Source: Mayamaea pseudoterrestris (Eukaryota). Taken from it: 64,000 nucleotides of DNA. Shown here one piece after another: positions 55,488 to 64,000 of the stretch. Both the position numbers and the translations under genes were made by a program. The notes under the pieces are model-generated. The model was not told the DNA's origin, did not search any database, and was given only the letters and a program-made list of their open reading frames with translations. The stretch is taken from assembly GCA_027923505.1 (NCBI GenBank), contig BROI01000005.1, positions 248,001 to 312,000 of the forward strand. Reading direction: 5' to 3'. Each line of letters begins with the position of its first letter. The first letter of the stretch is position 1.

Positions 55488-57192
55488 ATGACACGACCAA
55501 GATGCTTTCGCACAACAATTGGAGTTATAATTACCTTTATTTTCTGCAAGTGCTGTTTGGTGACATCGTTCCTGACCGAAACAAGTACTCGTCCCATTCA
55601 CAAACTGCAGCCGACTCTATTTCGCTCGTTGCTCAAAGCTACATCGGCGACGACTGCCAACACGCCATTGGCAACCTCGAGTACTTTTGACTGGGAGCAT
55701 CAGTGGTATCCAGTCGCTCCTGTCAGAGACTTGGAAACAAATCGTCCCAACAGGGTGACTCTGCTCGGCCGCGACTTTTGCCTGTGGTATTCAAAGGACG
55801 ATGGAACGACAGGCAAATGGCAGGCCTTTGCCGATGCGTGTCCACATCGTTTAGTTCCACTGTCGGAAGGCCGGATTGAAAACAATTTACTACAATGTGC
55901 CTACCATGGATGGGAGTTTGATGAGTCTGGATCCTGCGTTCGCATTCCGCAGATTGGCGCATCCTTGAGGGAGAGTCAGTCGTCTCCAGCTTTGGCGAGT
56001 CCACGCGCCTGCGCCACCTCCTTTCCCGTTTGCGTGACGCAAGACTTGGTTTGGATATTTCCGTCAACGACCAATCAAGAGTTGGCGTTGCAGAAGCAGC
56101 CAGCAATTATCCAGGAGCTGGACGATGATCGCAATCTTGACGCGACGAGCTTGTACACGCGCGATCTTCCATACTCGTGGGATGTTTTGGTGGAAAACCT
56201 TTGCGATCCATCGCACGTTTCCTTTTCGCACCATGGCTTTATGAATGGGGCAAATCGCTACAACGAGAATCAGGCTCTGGATCTCACCGTGACAACGGAA
56301 CGTGTCGATGGATTCGAAGCCACGAGGGATGGTGTGTCGGCCGATGAGTACATGGTTCGCTTTCAAGCTCCTTGTCTGTAAGTGTAGTGGAAGTCAAGAT
56401 AGTGGCTGCACGCCCTGCAGTCTCATCTCATCGAACTTTTGCTTCCAAATCTACAGATTGTACTACTCCATTTCTCGTAATTCTAGAATAGGAAAGTCAT
56501 ACATTGGGATTGGAAGCTACTGCGTTCCGACGGCGCCTGGCAAGTGTCGCTTGATTGCGCGCTTTCCGTTTCGCGTTCCGGTGGCACCAGTCATGTTGAT
56601 GCTACGCAATACCCCATCATGGATTACGCACTTATCGCAGAATGTGATTTTGGATTCCGATGTTGTCTTTTTGGCATCGCAGGATGAGCGTCTTCACAGA
56701 CGAGACAAAGACAAGGACGCTTTGACGTCACCAAGCTACTACATGCCGTCGCGAGCGGATACGTTGGTTCGTGCCTTTCGCAAGTGGCTAGTAACGGCGG
56801 GAGGTGGAGGTCCATTGTGGCTTGGCATCCCCGCCGCTCGGAGTGGAGGCGCATCGACGAGTTGGAATAGAGTTCCTGCAAGAAGTGGACGTGACGAGTT
56901 GCTTGATCGCTACCGCCAGCATACAGAGATTTGCTCCTCCTGTCGAAGTGCACACCGAAACTTGTATAGGCTACAAGAAGTTTGCAAATATTCCAGCATT
57001 TGCCTTTTCGCTTGGGCATCACTATTGCGACGAAAAGGACCAATGATCGCGGCGTTACTTTTGTTCATTGCGCCACGCTTAATATTGGAGCCATTGATTA
57101 AACGACTAGAATGTGTCCCTTGGCCACGAAAATCGTGGCTGCAATCAAAATTACCAAAGGACAAGGCTTTAAGTGAGAAGGAGAACGATTGA
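55488..57192 (+). CDS. Plastid Rieske-type oxygenase, pheophorbide a oxygenase (PAO/TIC55/PTC52) family; intron 56378..56456
   Basis: WYPV, DACPHRLVPLSEG, QCAYHGW Rieske motif; ENLCDPSHVSFSHH iron site; ILDSD; HTEICSSC; C-terminal TM. Presequence VTS-F. The GTAAGT..CTACAG intron is in frame. Confidence 0.9.
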
Positions 57193-57669
57193 GCAGTGAG
57201 TAGCTGCAATTGCCAAGCGCTTTCCTTCTGCTCTGTCCTAGTGCCAGCGTCAACCGCTCCCAAGTTCTCGACCCTTAAAAGATAGCTATACTTTGAACAG
57301 AGGCGGCAATAGATAGATAACAAGATACTACACCAGTAGAATAAGTAGTTGTGTAAAGGCGGTTGGAGTATCGAGAGCGAAGGAGCTCTGACCAGTGGAA
57401 CCGAACCAGTGAGCGGGCACAATGACCATTATTTACAAAGTTGCCTGACTTGAATGACCCATGATTCATATAGCCCTTCGTTTCGACATGCGCTCACATA
57501 ACCGCTGGTTCCATCGCATTCCGTTGAATTGACCAATCAGGCCCTTGACGCTGGTAGTGTGCCTTCTCACACAAACCTGACGAAAGGCATCGGCCCTTTG
57601 ATAGAAACAGCTGGCCTCACCATTCAAGCACGACACATAAACCAGTCAAGCAGCAGCACCTCCATCACC

Positions 57670-60600
57670 ATGGCGCGCCTCAGCCGTCTACTGGGCTTGC
57701 GGAAAATACTATTGCTGCTCCTTCTGCAGCATGCCTGCACTTGGCTACTTGCCGCATCTTCTGAATCGTTGGATTGTGTAATCAATGGTAGATTAATCGA
57801 TTCAAAGTGGAGTGTTCACGACGGCCGTTGCGTTCCAAGCAGCAAAGAATACTTATTGGGAGATTTGGAAATAGAATCAAACCAAGACGGCTTCTACAAC
57901 AATGTTAAACTGATATGGAAGAGTCAAATTGCAGGTCTTCGCGTCCCTTCCGGTGGTCGCATTACTTTGGATTTGAGCTGCACTCCCTTTTTTGTCGTGC
58001 AAGGCCTTGATGGCTTTTCCGTTGCAAATGAATTCGGACAGGATGTGCCAATTCACAATCACGAGACCGTGTCCATGCTTCCAGATGGTACTGTTGCTAC
58101 CGACAGCAGCAGTTCGATTCAATCGGATGCCACGACAGTCAGCTTTACCATTGACCGCGCACTCTCCGTCACGCAAATTTCCCTTGCGGCTGTTCGACAC
58201 GAGCGCCCACACTACGCCCTTTGCGACGACCCTTGTGTTACCTTGTCACTGCATGATCACAATGGAATAATGCTGGAAATGTTTGCGATTCCATTCAGCA
58301 ATCTGCATGGAAATGTTAATAGTAATCATCCGAGTCCTAACAGCCCGAAAGACAAGAGTGATGGCGAAGTTTTACAAACGTTTCCGTTTGTCGCGGACGG
58401 CAAGCCTTCATCGTTGCTGGCTTTGGAAAGTCTAGAAATGTGGCAAGCCGTAACTTTAGTAAGAGAGCAAGAAATACAGATCGAAATGATCTATCACGAT
58501 GAACTTGAGCAGCGCTTCCGGCTCGACACGCACTATTTGATTTTTGTCGAGGGCTACCACTTGGTAAACCTTTATGATGATATGCGGCGAGTCGGCTCCA
58601 TTCAGGTAGATGGGCCTGTGAAATTACAGCCCGTGGAAGCTAGTATCATAGCGGTCCGGTATGACGCAGCCAATGTTTCCTACACAATCAGTATTAGTAT
58701 GGAAGACAGTGGCGGGCAGCAAACATATCATTATAACTCAACTCAGGTGGCAGACCATAAACCAAACAACCGAAATTTGCAGGCATACTGTCCTCTCGCC
58801 AGAGATTGCGGAACTAATGGAAAAATTGTCTGCTATCAGTACTCACCTGGCAAATATACGGAGCTTTGCGCTTGCGACGGATGCCAATATTATCCTACCA
58901 ATCCTTCGACGTACACATGTGATGACTGCAGTAGTACAATTCCTTGGACTTGTCCAACAACACCCAAGCTATGGGATGGTACGTACATGGCACAAATTTG
59001 TTTGAAAGAGCAAACTGTAATACAAACTTCGCTCACATGCACTCACTATCGTTGATTGAATGTAGCTTGCACGAAACCGAACGAAGTTCGTATATGCCAT
59101 GCCGGAAATTCTGGAATAAAACCCAAATACACAGATATATGCGGCTTGTCAAGTGCCCATGTCTCAGAAAAGAATGATTATTGGTAAGTGCACGGTTGAG
59201 TGCATCTGTTTGATAGTCAACTTTCATTACTCACCTTAGCTCATTTACAGTGGATACTGGTAAGTGTGTGCCAAACATAATTGCAGCCATTTTTTTGTTG
59301 TGAACCCCAGCCTGATTAAACCTTGTTATTTTTCACAAATGCAGTTCTGGCTCACCACCAACAAAAGCTTCAAGGCCAAGCAGGACTCCTTCACGCACTC
59401 CAAGCAGGACCCCAAGCAGGACACCTTCACGCACTCCAAGCAGAACACCTTCACGCACTCCAAGCAGGACTCCAAGCAGAACCCCTAGTAGGATGCCAAG
59501 CAGGACACCATCACGCACTCCAAGCAGAACACCAAGTAGGACTCCAAGCCGTACACCAAGCAGGACTCCAAGCAGGACACCATCACGCACTCCAAGCAGG
59601 ACTCCAAGCCGTACGCCAAGCAGGACACCATCACGCACTCCAAGCAGGACTCCAAGCCGTACGCCAAGCAGGACACCATCACGCACTCCAAGCAGAACTC
59701 CAAGCAGGACTCCAAGCAGGACTCCAAGCAGGACTCCAAGCAGGACTCCAAGCAGGACACCATCACGCACTCCAAGCAGGACACCAAGTAGGACTCCAAG
59801 CAGGACTCCAAGCAGCAGCTGCACACACCCAAGCAGACTCCAAGCCAGGACACCAACTCAAGCAGTCCAAGCAGGACACCAAGCCGAGGATCAGCCCACG
59901 CCCAGCAGGACTCCCAGGATTCAACAACCACCCCAAGCAAGACCCCAAGCAGGACTCCAAGCAAGACTCCAAGCAGAACTCCAAGCAGGACCCCAAGTAG
60001 AACTCCAAGCAGGACTCCAAGCAGAACCCCAACCTCCCACTCAAGCAGAACACCAAGCAGACCCCGGACTCCGCAGTGACTCCTCAGCACTCCACCCAAG
60101 CAGACGCACCATCACGCACCCCAAGCGGACCCAAGCCAAGCCAGGACTCACCAAGCGAGGACCCAGCTCCTTCAGCACACCAAGCAGGACACCCACAGCA
60201 CCGCTCCAAGCAGGACTCCAGCACTCACCCAAGCAGATCGCCACAAGGCAGTCAAGACCCAAGCCAAGCCCAGGAGCACCCTCCCAAGCCGAGCGCACCC
60301 AGCCCAGTGCAGCACCAAGCATGTCACCCTCCGGGCTCCCAGGTGTCTCCCAGCGACTCACAAGCAGCTTGCCACCAAGTGGCCGCCAAGCAGACCCCAG
60401 CGCCAAGCCCCCAAGCAGGCACCCAAGCAGGACCCCAAGTAACTCTCCCGAGTGCAGCACCAAGCCGTCACCCTCCGTGGCTCCCAGTGTGTCTCCAAGC
60501 ACTCACCCAAGCAGGACTTGCCATCAAGTGTGCCGTCAAGACCCAAGCCAAGCCAAGTGAGTCACCCAGCCGGCCAGCTTCCCAGTGCAGCACCAAGCTG

Positions 60601-63600
60601 TCACCCTCCGTGGCTCCCAGCTCCAGCACTCCCTTCAGCATCTTGCATCAAGTGTGCCGTCGAGTGACCCAATTGCCAAGCCAAGTGAGTCACCTAGCAC
60701 AGGACCCAGTCTTCTTCCCAGTGCAGCACCAAGCTTGTCACCCTCCGTGGCTCCCAGTGTGTCTCCCAGCACTCACCCAAGAGTGACCCAAGCGCCAAGC
60801 CAAGTGAGTCACCTAGCGCAGGACCCAGTCTTCTTCCCAGTGCAGCACCAAGCTTGTCACCCTCCGTGGCTCCCAGTGTGTCTCCCAGCACTCACCCAAG
60901 CAGCTTGCCATCAAGTGTGCCGTCAAGTGACCCAAGCGCCAAGCCAAGTGAGTCACCTAGCGCAGGACCCAGTCTTCTTCCCAGTGCAGCACCAAGCTTG
61001 TCACCCTCCATGGCTCCCAGTGTATCTCCTAGCACTCACCCAAGCAGCTTGCCATCAAGTGTGCCGTCAAGTGACCCAAGCGCCAAGCCAAGTGAGTCAC
61101 CTAGCGCAGGACCCAGTCTTCTTCCCAGTGCAGCACCAAGCTTGTCACCCTCCGTGGCTCCCAGTGTGTCTCCCAGCACTCACCCAAGCAGCTTGCCATC
61201 AAGTGTGCCGTCAAGTGACCCAAGCGCCAAGCCAAGTGAGTCACCTAGCGCAGGACCCAGTCTTCTTCCCAGTGCAGCACCAAGCTTGTCACCCTCCGTG
61301 GCTCCCAGTGTGTCTCCCAGCACTCACCCAAGCAGCTTGCCATCAAGTGTGCCGTCAAGTGACCCAAGCGCCAAGCCAAGTGAGTCACCTAGCGCAGGAC
61401 CCAGTCTTCTTCCCAGTGCAGCACCAAGCTTGTCACCCTCCGTGGCTCCCAGTGTGTCTCCCAGCACTCACCCAAGCAGCTTGCCATCAAGTGTGCCGTC
61501 AAGTGACCCAAGCGCCAAGCCAAGTGAGTCACCTAGCGCAGGACCCAGTCTTCTTCCCAGTGCAGCACCAAGCTTGTCACCCTCCGTGGCTCCCAGTGTG
61601 TCTCCCAGCACTCACCCAAGCAGCTTGCCATCAAGTGTGCCGTCAAGTGACCCAAGCGCCAAGCCAAGTGAGTCACCTAGCGCAGGACCCAGTCTTCTTC
61701 CCAGTGCAGCACCAAGCTTGTCACCCTCCGTGGCTCCCAGTGTGTCTCCCAGCACTCACCCAAGCAGCTTGCCATCAAGTGTGCCGTCAAGTGACCCAAG
61801 CGCCAAGCCAAGTGAGTCACCTAGCGCAGGACCCAGTCTTCTTCCCAGTGCAGCACCAAGCTTGTCACCCTCCGTGGCTCCCAGTGTGTCTCCCAGCACT
61901 CACCCAAGCAGCTTGCCATCAAGTGACCCAAGCGCCAAGCCAAGTGAGTCATATAGCGCAGGACAGGACCTAGTCTCTTTCTTAGTGCAGCACCAAGCTT
62001 GTCACCCTCCGTGGCTCCCAGTGTGTCTCCCAGCACTCACCCAAGCAGCTTGCCATCAAGTGTGCCGTCAAGTGACCCAAGCGCCAAGCCAAGTGAGTCA
62101 CCTAGCGCAGGACCCAGTCTTCTTCCCAGTGCAGCACCAAGCTTGCCCATCCCCGTGGCTCCCAGTGTGTCTCCCAGCACTCACCCAAGCAGCTTGCCAT
62201 CAAGTGTGCCGTCAAGTGACCCAAGCGCCAAGCCAAGTGAGTCACCTAGCGCAGGACCCAGTCTTCTTCCCAGTGCAGCACCAAGCTTGTCACCCTCCGT
62301 GGCTCCCAGTGTGTCTCCCAGCACTCACCCAAGCAGCTTGCCATCAAGTGTGCCGTCAAGTGACCCAAGCGCCAAGCCAAGTGAGTCACCTAGCGCAGGA
62401 CCCAGTCTTCTTCCCAGTGCAGCACCAAGCTTGTCACCCTCCGTGGCTCCCAGTGTGTCTCCCAGCACTCACCCAAGCAGCTTGCCATCAAGTGTGCCGT
62501 CAAGTGACCCAAGCGCCAAGCCAAGTGAGTCACCTAGCGCAGGACCCAGTCTTCTTCCCAGTGCAGCACCAAGCTTGTCACCCTCCGTGGCTCCCAGTGT
62601 GTCTCCCAGCACTCACCCAAGCAGCTTGCCATCAAGTGTGCCGTCAAGTGACCCAAGCGCCAAGCCAAGTGAGTCACCTAGCGCAGGACCCAGTCTTCTT
62701 CCCAGTGCAGCACCAAGCTTGTCACCCTCCGTGGCTCCCAGTGTGTCTCCCAGCACTCACCCAAGCAGCTTGCCATCAAGTGTGCCGTCAAGTGACCCAA
62801 GCGCCAAGCCAAGTGAGTCACCTAGCGCAGGACCCAGTCTTCTTCCCAGTGCAGCACCAAGCTTGTCACCCTCCGTGGCTCCCAGTGTGTCTCCCAGCAC
62901 TCACCCAAGCAGCTTGCCATCAAGTGTGCCGTCAAGTGACCCAAGCGCCAAGCCAAGTGAGTCACCTAGCGCAGGACCCAGTCTTCTTCCCAGTGCAGCA
63001 CCAAGCTTGTCACCCTCCGTGGCTCCCAGTGTGTCTCCCAGCACTCACCCAAGCAGCTTGCCATCAAGTGTGCCGTCAAGTGACCCAAGCGCCAAGCCAA
63101 GTGAGTCACCTAGCGCAGGACCCAGTCTTCTTCCCAGTGCAGCACCAAGCTTGTCACCACCTAGCGCAGGACCCAGTCTTCTTCCCAGTGCAGCACCAAG
63201 CTTGTCACCCTCCGTGGCTCCCAGTGTGTCTCCCAGCACTCACCCAAGCAGCTTGCCATCAAGTGTGCCGTCAAGTGACCCAAGCGCCAAGCCAAGTGAG
63301 TCACCTAGCGCAGGACCCAGTCTTCTTCCCAGTGCAGCACCAAGCTTGTCACCCTCCGTGGCTCCCAGTGTGTCTCCCAGCACTCACCCAAGCAGCTTGC
63401 CATCAAGTGTGCCGTCAAGTGACCCAAGCGCCAAGCCAAGTGAGTCACCTAGCGCAGGACCCAGTCTTCTTCCCAGTGCAGCACCAAGCTTGTCACCCTC
63501 CGTGGCTCCCAGTGTGTCTCCCAGCACTCACCCAAGCAGCTTGCCATCAAGTGTGCCGTCAAGTGACCCAAGCGCCAAGCCAAGTGAGTCACCTAGCGCA

Positions 63601-64000
63601 GGACCCAGTCTTCTTCCCAGTGCAGCACCAAGCTTGTCACCCTCCGTGGCTCCCAGTGTGTCTCCCAGCACTCACCCAAGCAGCTTGCCATCAAGTGTGC
63701 CGTCAAGTGACCCAAGCGCCAAGCCAAGTGAGTCACCTAGCGCAGGACCCAGTCTTCTTCCCAGTGCAGCACCAAGCTTGTCACCCTCCGTGGCTCCCAG
63801 TGTGTCTCCCAGCACTCACCCAAGCAGCTTGCCATCAAGTGTGCCGTCAAGTGACCCAAGCGCCAAGCCAAGTGAGTCACCTAGCGCAGGACCCAGTCTT
63901 CTTCCCAGTGCAGCACCAAGCTTGTCACCCTCCGTGGCTCCCAGTGTGTCTCCCAGCACTCACCCAAGCAGCTTGCCATCAAGTGTGCCGTCAAGTGACC
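57670..64000 (+). CDS. Very large secreted modular protein with Cys/His-rich modules and (PSxx)n repeats; introns 58979..59065, 59184..59250, 59260..59344; 3' partial
   Basis: MARLSRLLGLRKILLLLLLQHACTWLLAAS signal. The splice chain gives ..KLWD|ACTKPNEVRICHAGNSGIKPKYTDICGLSSAHVSEKNDY(C)|GY(C)|SGSPPTKASRPSRT.., which lands in the PSRT frame of ORF 59493. Apparent indels at 59815-60790 and near 61950 break the frame in this assembly. Confidence 0.72.
59376..59807 (+). repeat. 12-bp coding tandem repeat, 36 units, (PSRT)n
   Basis: Unit variants ccaagcaggact / ccatcacgcact / ccaagccgtacg / ccaagtaggact all encode PSRT (one unit encodes PSRM). Degenerate copies continue to about 60240. Confidence 0.95.
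60630..64000 (+). repeat. 144-bp higher-order tandem repeat (12 x 12 bp), about 23 copies, running off the window
   Basis: The unit encodes PSSL PSSV PSSD PSAK PSES PSAG PSLL PSAA PSLS PSVA PSVS PSTH. Unit starts at 62041, 62761 and 63049 are separated by multiples of 144. Confidence 0.97.

Noticed and set aside
59323..60099. ORFs with (LQAG)n, (LLGV)n and (CLES)n repeats
   Set aside because: Shadow frames of the PSRT array; unit variation is synonymous only in the PSRT frame.
60585..61973. 462-aa ORF with Cys/His/Gln-rich repeat (QVSHLAQDPVFFPVQHQACHPPWLPVC...)
   Set aside because: Alternative open frame of the 144-bp repeat. The PSxx frame matches the 12-bp substructure and the upstream spliced gene.
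59376..64000. Possible CRISPR array, telomere or centromeric satellite
   Set aside because: No unique spacers, no telomeric motif, eukaryotic context, and the repeats are codon-phased within a spliced gene.

Overview
Gene-dense eukaryotic nuclear DNA (about 50% GC, short 70-260 nt GT-AG introns, very short intergenic gaps). It is most consistent with a diatom, probably pennate: several proteins have bipartite plastid presequences (signal peptide followed by Phe), secreted proteins carry RxL motifs, and there are (PSxx)n mucin-like proteins. The organism assignment is inference. About 29 protein-coding loci are supported. Housekeeping and organellar genes: METTL13/EEF1AKMT4-like 3' end, DEAH helicase, DUF866, TIM23, SLC25 carrier, histidine phosphatase, TilS, RCC1-like, L7/L12, EFL1/RIA1, L33, Mpv17, MDR oxidoreductase and a PAO-type Rieske oxygenase. 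Cell-cycle kinases: PSTAIRE CDK and MPS1. Ubiquitin-ligase-type genes: RAD18-like, RING-ARM, TPM-TM-RING, a tandem RING pair and a 2681-aa HECT protein. The last 6.3 kb is one very large secreted-protein gene running off the window. It has a signal peptide, a globular region, RNL, two Cys/His-rich modules (one completed by a 9-nt microexon), 36 x PSRT, and about 23 near-identical 144-bp higher-order (PSxx)12 repeats. Other points of interest: an in-frame TGA at a conserved Trp in one RING paralog, a frameshifted LRR-like gene, a three-copy motif in MPS1, and recurrent non-coding motifs (TACCGGTA, TGACGTCA, CGCGCCGTCGCG). No rRNA, tRNA, CRISPR array or intact transposon was recognised. All assignments are by eye; no database searches were run.
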